Assembly: GCA_038087875.1 (NCBI GenBank)
Contig: CM075994.1
Span: forward strand, 9,488,001 to 9,552,000
Direction of reading: 5' to 3'
DNA length: 64,000 bases
Source of the DNA: Malacoraja senta
Taxonomy: Eukaryota
Shown: one piece after another, positions 38,012 to 58,907 of the stretch
How the letters are laid out: every line of letters starts with the position of its first letter
Numbering within the stretch: position 1 is the first letter of the stretch
The notes under the pieces: generated by a model
Databases searched by the model: none
What the model saw: only the letters and a program-made list of their open reading frames with translations
Told to the model about the DNA's origin: nothing
Made by a program: the position numbers and the translations under genes

Positions 38012-38937
38012 CATCAACACAGTTTTTTTTAAACATTACCGTGAAACTCTCAGATATAACAACATGCTCACACAATGTACCGTGGATAATACAGTAAACT
38101 CTCGTTGTAAGGGACGCCTTTATAACAGATTTTGGATATAGCGGACGGTCCCGTTGAGGCTTGCCAGTCGCTCACAGCTTCCAACCCACCCCCCAACCCG
38201 CAAGCTGCTGCAGCGAACCCTTCTTCACCACCGCAAGGTCCCGGTCACGCGGCTGTTGTTGCGACATGACCGGAACTGTCTGATCTGTGTGGGAAGGAAC
38301 TGCAGATGCTGGTTTAAACCGAAGATAGACACAAAAAGCTGGAGTAACTCAGCGGGACAGGCAGCATCTCTGTAGAGAAGGGATGGGTAACATTTCGGGT
38401 TGAGAACCTTCTTCTGCTGAGATACACCAGCATTCGGTGTCCTTGTTGTGGATTAACCATCATCTGCTTTTCTTTGCTTCAACTACATACAATGATAGTT
38501 TGAAGAAGGGTCTCGACCCGAAACGTTATCCATTCCTTCTCTCAAGAAATTCCGCCTGTCCCGCTGAGTTACTCTAGCATTTGGTGTCTACCTTAGGTTT
38601 AAACCAGCATCTGCAATTCCTTCTTACACATGATAATACTTTGTTTAAGAAGGAACTGCAGATGTTGGAAAAAAATCGAAGGTAGACAAAAATGCTGGAG
38701 AAACTCAGCGGGATAGGCAGCATCTACGGAGCATAGAAACATAGAAACATAGAAAATAGGTGCAGGAGGAGGCCATTCGGCCCTTCGAGCCAGCACCGCC
38801 ATTCATTGTGATCATGGCTGATCGTCCCCAATCAATAACCCGTGCCTGCCTTCTCCCCATATCCCTTGACTCCACCAGCCCCTAGAGCTCTATCTAACTC
38901 TCTCCTAAATCCATCCAGTGACTTGGCCTCCACTGCC

Positions 38938-39137
38938 NNNNNNNNNNNNNNNNNNNNNNNNNNNNNNNNNNNNNNNNNNNNNNNNNNNNNNNNNNNNNNN
39001 NNNNNNNNNNNNNNNNNNNNNNNNNNNNNNNNNNNNNNNNNNNNNNNNNNNNNNNNNNNNNNNNNNNNNNNNNNNNNNNNNNNNNNNNNNNNNNNNNNNN
39101 NNNNNNNNNNNNNNNNNNNNNNNNNNNNNNNNNNNNN
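38938..39137. other. Assembly gap (200 N)
   Basis: Run of 200 N. Confidence 1.
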
Positions 39138-39163
39138 CCAGTCGACGTTCTTCAGGGATGTCG

Positions 39164-39370
39164 CCTGACCACCTGAGTTACTCCACAGATGTTGCCTGAC
39201 CACCTGAGTTACTCCACAGATGTTGCCTGACCACCTGAGTTACTCCACAGATGTTGCCTGCCCACCTGAGTTACTCCACAGATGTTGCCTGCCCACCTGA
39301 GTTACTCCACAGATGTTGCCTGACCACCTGAGTTACTCCACAGATGTTGCCTGACCACCTGAGTCACTCC
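39164..39370. repeat. 31-bp tandem repeat, ~6.5 copies
   Basis: Unit CCTGACCACCTGAGTTACTCCACAGATGTTG, derived from the Penelope-associated repeat. Confidence 0.9.
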
Positions 39371-39490
39371 GAAACTTTGTGGGAGGATGTACGTTACCAG
39401 TACATTCAGTTCCTTGTATCAACTTCCTTGATTCCTTCTCTCCACGGATGACTGGTTTGGTAATTTCAGCATTTCGTGCAAATCTCTTTC

Positions 39491-40438
39491 GAGCCAGGAT
39501 ATTTCGGCACTAAAAAACTCTGAAATAGGCAGGCAAAAAGGCAAAATAAAAATCACAAAAAAGGCATTTATTTACAAGCAAATGCATAAAAAGGTATGTA
39601 TTTCCACCACATTAAAAATGATAATATAAAGGTATACTATATTAAATGACCAAAGTTGCATGATTGCACATATCTACTAGCATCTTTTTCAAATTATCTG
39701 GTGTTAAACTATGCCGTCTGCCAGACAGAATATGCTTCAGTTGTGAAAAGCTTCTTTCTACCTCAGCTGAGGTGACTGGTGCATACCCGAAACACGCTAG
39801 AGACTCTATATTCATGTCGATACCTTATGCATTACAATGACCTTTGAGAACTTTAGCTATGAAGAAAAAAGATTCCAAGGGGAGTAAGGGGCGACCGTGG
39901 CTGACAAGGGACGTCAGGGACAGCATAAAAATAAAAGAAAAGAAGTACAACGAAGCAAAGATGAGCTGGAAGCAAGAGGATTGGGTAATGTTTAATGAGC
40001 AACAGAAGATAACTAAAAAGGCAATACGGGGAGAAAAGATGAGGTACGAAGGTAAGCTAGCCAAGAATATAAAGGAGGATAGTAAAAGCTTCTTTTGGTA
40101 TGTGTAAAGGAAAAAAATAGTCCGGACCAAAGTTGGACCCTTAAAGACTTAAACGTGAATTCATTATGGGGAACAAGGAAATGGCAGATGAATTGAACAG
40201 GTACTTTGGATCTGTCTTCACTAAGGAGGACACAAACAATCTTCCTGATGTACCAGTGGCCAGAGGATCTAGGGTGATGGAGGAACTGAAGGAAATCCAC
40301 ATTAGGCAGGAAATGGTGTTGGGTAGACTGATGGGACTGAAGGCTGATAAATCCCCAGGGCCTGATGGTCTGCATCATAGGCGCTTAAGGAAGTGGCTCT
40401 AGCTAGAAATCGACGATGCATTGGTGATAATTTTCCAA
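39491..40438. mobile_element. hAT end (inverted relative to 30080-31248) plus nested CR1 fragment; the other hAT end is at ~51082-51394
   Basis: GAGCCAGGAT terminus at 39491. Reverse complement of 30585-31246, including the same CR1 junction. Confidence 0.8.
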
Positions 40439-43265
40439 TCTATATTACCAAAACTAAGATCTTGACCACTTTCTGACTTTCTGTTTCGTGATTTCCGAAA
40501 GAACGCCGCCACTTACGGCCGTCATTTTTGACCACCCCGCTCAGAGTCCCCCTCCGCCGGATTGGACTGGAGGATTTTTCCCATCGATGAAATATCAGAG
40601 AATTATTAATGTTTTTAAAAATGTCACCATTCTCTCAGCTGTCCCCGCTGGTGGCAGGTGGGAGGGACTATAAAACCAGGAAGTGTCGTGCCTCACCCAG
40701 TCTCTGCGATACGGAGGAAGCGAGAGGGTCATGGCTCTCTGAGCTGTGAATAACACTGAACGCACGTCTACTCGACGGTGAGTCCCCTCGATGTGGTTGT
40801 AAAGTGTTTGCCAAATTGGCTTGGCTTTTAAAGACTCTTCAGAAAATGTGTTGGCTGTTTGCAAAGTGTTTCCCAAATTGGCTTGGCTTTTAAAGACGCT
40901 TCAGAAAATGTGTTGGCTGTTTGCAAAGTGTTTGCCAAATTGGCTTGGCTTTTAAAGACTCTTCAGAAAATGTGTTGGCTGTTTGGAAAGTGTTTGCCAA
41001 ATTGGTTTGGCTTTTAAAGACTCTTCAGAAAATGTGTTGGCTGTTTGCAAAGTGTTTCCCAAATTGGCTTGGCTTTTAAAGACTCCTCAGAAAATGTGTT
41101 GGCTGTTTGCAAAGTGTTTGCCAAATGGGTTTGGCTTTAAAGACTCTTCAGAAAATGTGTTGGTTGCTTGCAAAGTGTTTGCCAAATGGGCTTGGCTTTA
41201 AAGACTCTTCAGAAAATGTGTTGGTTGCTTGCAAAGTGTTTGCCAAATTGACTTGACTTTTAAGGACGCTTCAGAAAATGTGTTGGCTGTTTGCAAAGTG
41301 TTTGCCAAATTGGCTTGGCTTTTAAAGACTCATCAGAAAATGTGTTGGCTGTTTGCAAAATGTTTGCCAAATTGGCTTTCTTGGTTTTTAAAATCGTTGC
41401 AACAGTTTTCGGATGGATAAAGCGTGAATAAACATATTATTAGATCAGAATTGTGTTTAAGTGCAAAATTGGCGCTCATTCGGTGACTTCTGCTTTATGG
41501 CAAGATGGCGCCGATGACTTCATTTCGGTTAGCGGCAAGATGGCGCTGAGTGTGTCATTTCGGTTCGTGGCAAGATGGCGCTGACTGCAGAAGGCACAGA
41601 TTGAAGACGCCGTTCAATAATTCAAGAGAGCTGACTGCTCTGTCTATGGTGAGTGGGTTTGTTGGACGTTATTTAAAGCACATTTTTGCTTCAGCAGCAG
41701 CAACCTCTACAGGAGACTTTAAACGTTTGAATCATTCGGTTTACACACTGTATGTTTACCACGTTCCGAAGTTACTTGGCATTTAATATTGGATGTGTGT
41801 GAGTGAGTGTGAGTGAGTGTGAGTGAGTGAGTGTGTGAGTGTGTGTGTGAGTGTGTGTGTGCGAGTATGCGAGTGTGTGAGTGCGCGTGACCGCGAGCGC
41901 GTAAGTCTGCATGTGTGTGTCTGCTTGTGTGTGTCTGTGTGTGAGTCTGTGTGAGTCGGTGTGTGTGAGTGTCTGTGTGAGGTGGATGGTGAGTGTGTTA
42001 TCAACTAATAACAAATATTACAAATAATATAGTCTTTCATAGTTCAGAGCTTATATGTTGTTTAATAGCCTGATGGCTGTCAGGAAGAAGGTGTTCCTCA
42101 ATGTGGATGTTACAGTTTTCAGTTTATAAAATTCGTACGTGACTCCAGAAGTCGGGTATAAGTCAGCCAGTCCACAAGCCGTGATTCAGTCTGTCAGTCC
42201 AGAGGCCATGAGTGAGTCAGTCAGTCCAGAGACCATGAGTTAGTCCCAAGGCAGTGAGTGAGTCCAGAGGCCATGAGTAGGTCGCTCACCGCCCCTCCCC
42301 CCCACTGACATCCCCACCTCAAGACGCTGCCCTTCGCCTGGCTATAGGATGCTCCCCGTCCTGAAGCCGCCCCATCTCCGCTGCAGGACAGCCCCCTACC
42401 TCATCAGCCCACGAGAGCCCCCGCCTGAATCCGTCCCCCTCCCTCAGCTGCAGGACGTTTGCCACCCCCCCCCAACCCGACAGCCCCCGCCTCAAAAACA
42501 TATTTTGCACAAATTCTTCAGTGAGTCCAGAGGATTGAGAATTACAACAAAGTAATGGAATTCTTTAATTTGCCACAACCAAGAAATGGAAGGATGCACC
42601 TTGATGATGACAATCCAGAATTGCTGCAGGAATTGCAATACGATAGAAATGAACAACAGCAATTTGTTGAGGAGAATGGGCCTCTGCTGAATGCTGAGCC
42701 GAGAGCAGTGTACGCACTCAATTTAACAGAAGGTGAAGACATTCCCCTTCAGCAGACCCAATTCCCCTGTCAATCAAGTTTAGCTATGACGATCCATAAA
42801 GCACAAGGACAAACAATGCAGAAGGTGTTGATCTACCTCGACAAACCGGTATTTCAGCATGGAAAACTGTATGTGTCTCTTAGCCGAGGAAAGATGAAGG
42901 GAAATGTCAAAGTTTTCCTGAAGGATGTAACTTCGACCAAGAATGTTGTCATTAAAAGCGTGCTTCGTTGAATGATGACTTCTGAGATCAATTCTCAGAT
43001 TTTCTTTGTTAAAACTTGACCGCTGAATCTCTCTATATTTAAATTGTCTCCTTTTTATCAACAGCAAAGAGACATAAAGACGCAGTGAGCAGCAACAAGA
43101 GACACAACAAGAAAGAACTTAATAATTCTCATCTTTAACATTTAAATTGTTCTTATGTTTTAACTCATTCACATTTTAAACTTTAATAAATCCTTTTTCC
43201 ACTTTTCATACCGGCGTGTTCTTCATCACAATGGGAACCTAATGGGCAGGATTGGCTGCTCTGTG
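40439..43265 (+). mobile_element. Helitron (deleted) with PIF1 helicase remnant
   Basis: Starts TCTATATTACCAAAACT at an A|T site inside CR1. ORF 42555-42971 contains QFP....AMTIHKAQGQT..KV.IYL.KPVFQHGKLYVSLSR (PIF1 motifs V-VI of RepHel). 3' part interrupted by CR1. Confidence 0.85.
40801..41377. repeat. 62-bp minisatellite, ~9.3 copies, inside the Helitron
   Basis: Unit AAAGTGTTTGCCAAATTGGCTTGGCTTTTAAAGACTCTTCAGAAAATGTGTTGGCTGTTTGC. Confidence 0.95.
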
Positions 43266-43269
43266 GGAG

Positions 43270-45857
43270 GTTGTGGGGAGATTGAGTGGATTGAGTTGAG
43301 GAATTGTAAAGGCAAGAAGACACAAATTGGTGTTATTTACAGACCCCCAAATAATTGCCCGGATGTGGGGTGTAAGTTGCAGCAGGAGTTAAAACTGGCA
43401 TATAACAAAGGTAATGCCACTTTGGTGATGGGGGATTTCAATATGCAGGTAGACTGGGAAAATCAGGTTGGTTCAGGACCCCAAGAAAGAGAGTTTGTAG
43501 AATGCCTCCGAGATGGATTCTTAGAGCAGCTTGTAATGGAGCCGAACAGAGAAAAGGCAATTCTGGATTTAATGTTGTCCAATGAAACAGGCATGATAAA
43601 GAGAACTCGAGGTAAAGGAACCGCTTGGAGGTAGTGATCATAATATGATTAGTTTTAATCTGCAATTTGAGAAGGAGAAGGTTAAATCGGAAGTGGCAGT
43701 GATGCAGTTGAACAAAGGGGATTATGAAAGCATGAGAGGGGAGCTGGACAAGGTAGACAGGAAAGGGATCCTAGCAGGAATGACGGTGGAACAGCAATGG
43801 CAGGAATTTCTGGGCATAATCCGGAAGACGCAGGATCATTTCATTCCAAAAAGGAAGAAAGATTCTAAGGGGAGTAGGAGGCAACCGTGGCTGACAAGAG
43901 AAGTTAGGATTAGAATAAAAGTAAAAGTAAAGATGTATAACACAGCAAAGAGTAGCCGGATGCCAGAGGATTGGGAAACTTTCATAGGACAACAGAAGGA
44001 AACAAAACGGGCAATACGGGCTGAAAAGATGAAGTACGAAGGGAAGTTGGCCTGGAATATAAAGAAGGACAGTAAAAGCTTCTTTAGATATGTTAAGGGG
44101 AAAAGAGTAGCAAAGTCAAATCTGGGTCCCTTGAAGGCAGACACGGGTGAAATTATTATGGGCAACAAGGAAATGGCAGAAGAGTTGAATAGGTACTTCG
44201 GATCTGTCTTCACTAAGGAAGACACAAACAATCTCCCAGATGTACTGGAGGACAGAGGATCTAAGGGGGTAGAGGAACTGAAAGACATTTTCATTAGGCA
44301 AGAAATAATATTGGGTAGGCTAATGGGACTGAAGGATGATAAATCCCCTGAGCCTGATGGTCTGCATCCCAGGGTCCTCAGGGAGGTGGCTCTAGAAATA
44401 GTGGACGCATTGGTGATCATTTTCCAATGTTCAATAGATTCAGGATCAGTTCCTGTGGATTGGAGGATAGCCGATGTTATCCCACTTTTCAAGAAAGGAG
44501 CTAGGGAGAAAACGGGGAATTACGGACCACTTAGCCTGACTTCGGTGGTGGGAAAGTTGCTGGAGTCAATTATTAAAGAGGTAATAATGGGGCATTTGGA
44601 TAGCAGTAAAAGGATTAATCCAAGTCAACATGGATTTATGAAAGGGAAATCATGCTTGACTAATCTTCTGGAATTTTTTGAGGATGTGACAAGCAAAATG
44701 GATGAAGGGGTGCCAGTGGATGTAGTGTATCTAGACTTTCAGAAAGCCTTTGATAAGGTCCCGCACGTGAGACTGGTGACTAAAATTAGAGCACATGGTA
44801 TTGGGGGTAGGGTGTTGGCATGGATAGAAAATTGGTTGGCAGACCAGAAGCAAAGAATAGGAGTGAACGGGTCCTTTTCAGAATGGCAGGCAGTGGCGAG
44901 TGGAGTGGCGCAAGGCTCGGTGTTGGGGCCGCAACTGTTTACCATATATATTAATGATTTGGAAGAGGGAATTAGGAGCAACACTAGCAAGTTTGCAGAT
45001 GACACAAAGCTGGGTGGCATTGTGAACTGTGAAGAGGATGTTAGGAGGTTGCAGGGTGACCTGGACAGGTTGAGTGAGTGGGCAGATGCATGGCAGATGC
45101 AGTATAATATAGATAAATGTGAGGTTATCCACTTTGGTGGCAAAAACAAGGGGGCAGATTATTATCTCAATGGGGTTAGGTTAGGTAAGGGTTAGGTATG
45201 TGCAGCGAGACCTGGGCATGCTTGCAAACCCATAACAAGAGGATTTCAGTATAGGAGTAAAGAGGTTCTTCTGCAGTTGTATAGGGCTCTGGTAAGACCA
45301 CATCTGGAGTATTGTGTACAGTTTTGGTCTCCTAATTTGAGGAAGGACATCCTTGTGATTGAGGCAGTGCAGCGTGGTTTCACGAGATTGATCCCTGGGA
45401 TGGCGGGACTGTCATATGAGGAAAGATTGAAAAGACTAGGCTTGTATTCACTGGAGTTTAGAAGGATGAGGGGGGATCTTATAGAAACATAAAATTATAA
45501 AAGGACTGGACAAGTTAGATGCAGGAAAAATGTTCCCAATGTTGGGCAAGTCCAGAACCAGGGGCCGCAGTCCTAGAATAAAAGGGAGGTCATTTAAGAC
45601 TGAGGTGAGAAAAATCTTTTTCACCCAGAGAGTTGTGAATTTATGGAATTCGCTGCCACAGAGGGCAGTGGAGGCCAAGTCACTGGATGGATTTAAAAGA
45701 GAGTTAGATAGAGCTCTAGGGGCTAGTGGGGTCAAGGTATATGGGGAGAAGGCAGGCACGGGTTATTGATAGGGGATGTTATGAATGGCGGTGCTGGCTT
45801 GAAGGGCCGAATGGCCTCCTCCCGCACATATTTTCTATGTTTCTATGTTTCTATGTT
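43270..45857 (+). mobile_element. CR1 LINE APE-RT ORF2, 5'-truncated and disabled
   Basis: GVIYRPP/MGDFN/SDH APE motifs. 516-aa RT ORF 43645-45195 with KFADDTKL. (TTCTATGT)n tail. Confidence 0.95.
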
Positions 45858-46585
45858 TTTATCAAGTTTCGTTCAGATTGATGTTATATTTTACAAGTTA
45901 TTCACATTTATAACATTACAAAATCCAGTTTGACAAAGAATCAGCAGTGGCAGTTACAGGGATCTCATTTACATAACCTGCCCGTGAGCAGTGTTCCAGC
46001 AGCTCCCACCTCAAGGAGGGTAGGGAGAGAGTGAGATTTTTTTTAATTCTGTTTTTATCAAATTCTTCGGGGGAGGTTTCATTTAAAAAAAACATCACGG
46101 CTTTGATTGTGGATGTAGTGGAATAGGGGAGAGGTTTCATTTACAAAAAAAATTGACATTTTCATTGTGGGGAGGTGGGATGGTGGGAGTTTAGTGCCGG
46201 TGCCGCCCCCAATGTAGAGTCCGTTGATTGGCTCCAGGGAGCGCCGACGCCAACCCCCACCTGCGTGGGGCCGGTTGATTGCCTCCGGGGAGCGCCGACT
46301 GAGGGTACGGGAAAGGAGAGTGAGTAAGAGGAGAGGGAGGGTGTGGGGGAGGGGAGGGGAGGAGTAGACATGTTATTCAAATGTTATGTTTAGTGGGGGA
46401 GTGGTTAAGAGGAGGGGAGGGAATGCTGGGGAGAAGGGTAAATGAGCCGTGCCTGCGCAGTTGAGGGCTATGTGTGAGTGGTGGAATATTGAGTTGGAGG
46501 AACGGTAGCGCTGGGGGAATGGATGAGTCGTGGACTATTGCATTGGGGGAATGGGGCCCAATGGGTCCCACTGGTCTAGTATCTA

Positions 46586-47070
46586 TCTTCTATCTACTAT
46601 TAAAACTCTGTGGCTGCCATCCGTCCATCCGTCCATCCGTCCGTCCGGCGTCAAAATTCCCCTTTGATACCGCCCCTGGCCCACACAGCACGCGGAAAGG
46701 CCCATGTTTTTCGCCATTTTTCAAAGAGATGACATTTATCTTTACGAATAGACTCTCCATATTAAATTTGGTCCTGTTTATGTACACGTTTTTAAAATAA
46801 AATCCACCCCCCCCGCCCACCCCCACTCACTCATTTTGGTGGTCTTTTGTCTCCACCTGCTGGTCACCCGCCATGACGCCTGCTGTCGACCGCCTCTGCT
46901 CCGAAAACGACGGCACTTTTTTTCTCCGATTTTCTCCGCTTTTCTCCGAAAATGACGCCATATTTTTTTCGCCGATTTTCACCCCGGGGTCTGAAGCACG
47001 TTCGGGAACAACACCCCGGGGTGTGAAGCACCTTCGGGGACCAGACCCAACGGGTCTGCACTTGGTCTAG
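46586..47070 (+). mobile_element. Complete 485-bp non-autonomous Helitron with paralogous empty site
   Basis: A|TC...CAGACCCAACGGGTCTG...CTAG|T with no TSD. The inverted paralogous arm at ~56825-56850 has the empty site (CTAGTATCTA|TATATTACT). Confidence 0.9.
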
Positions 47071-48050
47071 TATATTACTAAAACTCTCATCTTGTTTATT
47101 TCTATGTGTGTGTGCGTGTGTGTCTGTGTAATTGTGATCACGGAACTACTCCAAAACGGTACACAATAGCGGTAAAGAAATTGCACCACCATACTCCTGT
47201 GGTGGTTTGTTTCAAGCTTCGTTCAGATTGATGTGATATTTCACAAGTTATTTCACTTTTTAATTTTAAAAATCCAAATTTGAGAAAAAATTCTTCCCTC
47301 TGCAGCAAGACTTCACAATGGGATGGTAACCCTACCAGCTACAATGTTGCAATCCTGGGACACTCAGTCCTGCCAGCACTAGCAAGTGCAATTGCAAGCT
47401 ACAATATTGCAATCCTTTTTTTATATTCCTGGGAGCAAGTATATTCCTGGCAGCAAATATTTTGTTAAAGTGCATTTGCATTTTTTTTAAGTCACAGTAC
47501 AATGCGTTCTGTCAGCTAGCAAGTGCAATTGCATTTTTAAAGTTTAAAATGAGGGAGGGTGAATATGGCAAATTAGGCAGCCCCTGCGCAGTTGGAGGCT
47601 ATGGGTGAGTGGTGGAATATTATGTTTGGGGAATGGGTTGCGTGGGGGGGACCAGGCCTCCCATCTGACAGGTGTCCCACTTGGTCTATTTTCTATACCA
47701 TTACTAAAGGTCTCATCTTGACCACTTCCTGTCTACGTTATCCATACATTTTAGAACAAATGCTACCCTATATCACAATGATTTTTTTCGGCATCTTACT
47801 CGCTGTCCTCGTCCGCTCCAACCCCACAAGTTTTTTTACGATTGTTGAAATAATTAAACAATTATGAATGTTTAAAAAAGATTGGTCTTCTCGCCTGTCA
47901 GTCACCATGATGAAGGTAACGCCCCTTCCTGGGAGGCCAGGAAAATAAAGCCTCATGGGCGGACGTTTGTCAGTCACCCCGGAAGATTGTGAGTGAGAGT
48001 TGAGTCCAGAACTGTGATTCTACGCTGTGAGTGAACTGAACTGTGAGTCT

Positions 48051-48495
48051 GCACTGTGCTTGAAATGAAATGAATTGTTAGCCTGTACTGTGCTTGAAAT
48101 GAAATGAATAGTTAGCCTGCCCTGTGCTTGAAATGAAATGAATTGTTAGCCTGTGCTGCAATTGAAATTAAATTAATTACTAGCCTGCACTGTGCTTGAA
48201 ATGAAATGAATTGTTAGCCTGCGCTGTGTTTGAAATGAAATGAATTGTTAGTCTGCACTCTGTTTGCAATTAAATGAATTGTTAGCCTACACAATGCTTG
48301 AAATAAAATGAATCGTTAGCCCGCACTGAGCTTAAAATGAAATGAATTGTTGGCCTGTGACGTGCTTGAAATGAAATCTATGGTTGGCCTGCACTGCGCT
48401 TGAAATGAAATGAATTGCTGGCCTGCACTGTGCTTGAAATGAAATGAATTGTTGGCCTGCACTGTGCTTGAAATGAAACAAATTGTTGGCCTACA
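48051..48495. repeat. 34-bp minisatellite, ~13 copies (inverted copy 55380-55832)
   Basis: Unit GCACTGTGCTTGAAATGAAATGAATTGTTAGCCT. Confidence 0.92.
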
Positions 48496-48639
48496 CTATG
48501 CTTAGTACAAAGGTCCCGCTCACTCCAGAAATCCTGCTCACTCTGTAAGTCTCGCTCAATCCGGAAGTCCCGCTCAGTGGAGAGGCCATGCTCTGCCGCG
48601 TGAGTAGATTCAAGAGAGCTTTACTGTCATATATATGTT

Positions 48640-49650
<1,011 letters not shown>

Positions 49651-50451
49651 CCTAGAATCCATTCGGCCTACAATCTCCATACTAGCCCTCTGGAAACCAG
49701 TCCCACAACACCCATACTAGCGCTCCAGAAAGACCCACACCCCACTTAGTTTTGTATATTACTAAATCTCTCATCTTGTTTCTATATTTGTGTGCCTGTT
49801 TGTGCCTATAATTGCGCAAAAACAGTACATGATAGCGGTACAATTTTTTGCACCACCTTTTTCACCATTGTTCTGTGATGTGCAAAAAATAATGTTGTTC
49901 AGATTTATGCCATATTTTGCAAGTGATTCACGTTTAAAACAAACAAAAAAACACTTAAAGAAACCTGTCTGCCGCTCATCAGTGTACCACCCCATAATGA
50001 CTTCACAATGGGATCCCATTTTTTGGAGGGAGGGAGCGTGAAGGAGGAAAAGGGGGAACAATGTTTAATGCGTTCGTGACCAGTGTTGAAACATGTCATG
50101 ACTACATTGCAGAACTATAGAAACTTGCGAGGCTCAAGTTAGTCTCCGATAGATGAAGAGTGGTAATATCTGGACACAGGACAGGGAACTGATACAAGAA
50201 TAGTGTAGTGACACAAGATTCAAGATTCAAGGGAGCATATTGTCATGTGTCTCAAATAGGACAATGAAATTATTTATTTGCATCAGCGCCACAGAATATA
50301 GTAGGCATAAATAAATACAGAACAGATCAGTGTGTCCATATACCATTGGAATATATATATCGCCGATTTCTGCCGTTATTCTGATCCAGGTAAGTTGATT
50401 GTAGCTGTAAATTATCCTCTTCTGTTGGGCTGCTGGCAAAATGTCGCCGCA

Positions 50452-51082
50452 GGTGCAGCAGCCAGTGAAGAAAGTGAATGGCATGTTGGCCTTTAGAACC
50501 AGAGGAGTCGCGTATAGGAGAAAAGAGGTCCTTCTGCAGTTGATAAGGCCCTAGTGGGACCATACCTGGGGTATTGTGTGCAGTTTTGGTCCCCTAATTT
50601 GAGGAAGGACATTCTTGCTATTGAGGGAGTGCAGCACAGGTTTACAAGGTTAATTCCCGGGATGGCGGGACTGTCATATGCTGAGAGAATGGAGCGGCTG
50701 GGATTTTATACTCTGGAGTTTAGAATGATGAGAGGGGATCGTATTGAAACACATAAGATTGTTAAGGGTTTGGACACGCTAGAGGCAAGAAACATGTTCC
50801 CAATGTTGGAGGTCCAGAACCAGGGGCCACAGTTTAAGAATAAAGGGTAAGCCATTTAGAACGGAGACGAGGAAACACTTTCTCTCACAGAGAGTGGTGA
50901 GTCTGTGGAATTCTCTGCCTCAGAGGGTGGTGGAGGCTGGTTCTCTGGACACTTTTAAGAGAGAGCTAGATAGGCCTCTTAAAGATAGCGGAGTCTGGGG
51001 ATATGTGGAGAAGGCAGGAATGGTGTACTGATTGGGGATGATCAGCCATGATCACATTGATTGGCGTTGCTGGCCCGAAGGG
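50452..51082 (+). mobile_element. CR1 LINE 3' fragment
   Basis: [30 protein letters not shown]...EFR.MRGD. Similar fragments at 10505-10990, 12636-12900, 14020-14480, 16213-16735, 31500-31880 and 59805-60327. Confidence 0.88.
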
Positions 51083-51702
51083 ATTTTGGAGAAGACTGAA
51101 GCAACGGGCAGCGGCACGAACGAACGACCGACCGACAGTGGCGTCCCCGGTTTCGCCCTGGTGGTGGAAATTTTCTTGTAATTAACACGTTAATAATAAC
51201 ATTAATATTAATGTGTGAACATAGAAAACGTCATTGTAATAATGGTGCAACTAGAGAAAATAGCTCGATCTTTTAGCAAAACGGTAAAAAAGGCTGATTT
51301 AGGCACTCGATCGTGAAAAATGCATTAACTTGGTGAAATCATCAAAAAAGGCATGAAAAGGCACTTATGGCATTTGTGGCAAATCCTGGCTCTAGTAATT
51401 ATTACATTATCATCTCTTCCAGTAATTCAGGTTTTCTTGTAGTCATCACAAATTCGGTCTTTTGCTTTCCTCCTCCCCCTACCTCTGTAAGGCCATCCCA
51501 TAGTCAAAATCACAAGAGATTTTCAATAAAGGCTCAGAGTGCTGGCGTAACTCGGCGAGTCGGGCAGCATCTCTGGAGAACACGGACTGGTGACGTTTCC
51601 AGTTGGGATCCTTCCACAGATTTCAGGGAATTTGAAGACTTCTGTTTGAAGTTTTTCCTGTTCTCTCTCTTGCCTTCGAAGCTCAGCTGTTTAAATCCAA
51701 AG

Positions 51703-58907
<7,205 letters not shown>

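Noticed and set aside
38092..38150. TA-CAGTAAACTCTCG possible pogo/Tigger-like terminus
   Set aside because: No partner TIR or transposase sequence found in the window.
40801..41377. Regular repeat array resembling CRISPR
   Set aside because: No unique spacers, no cas genes, eukaryotic context; it is a minisatellite inside a Helitron.
42555..42971. Host PIF1 helicase gene
   Set aside because: Only motifs V-VI remain, internally deleted, intronless and inside Helitron sequence.
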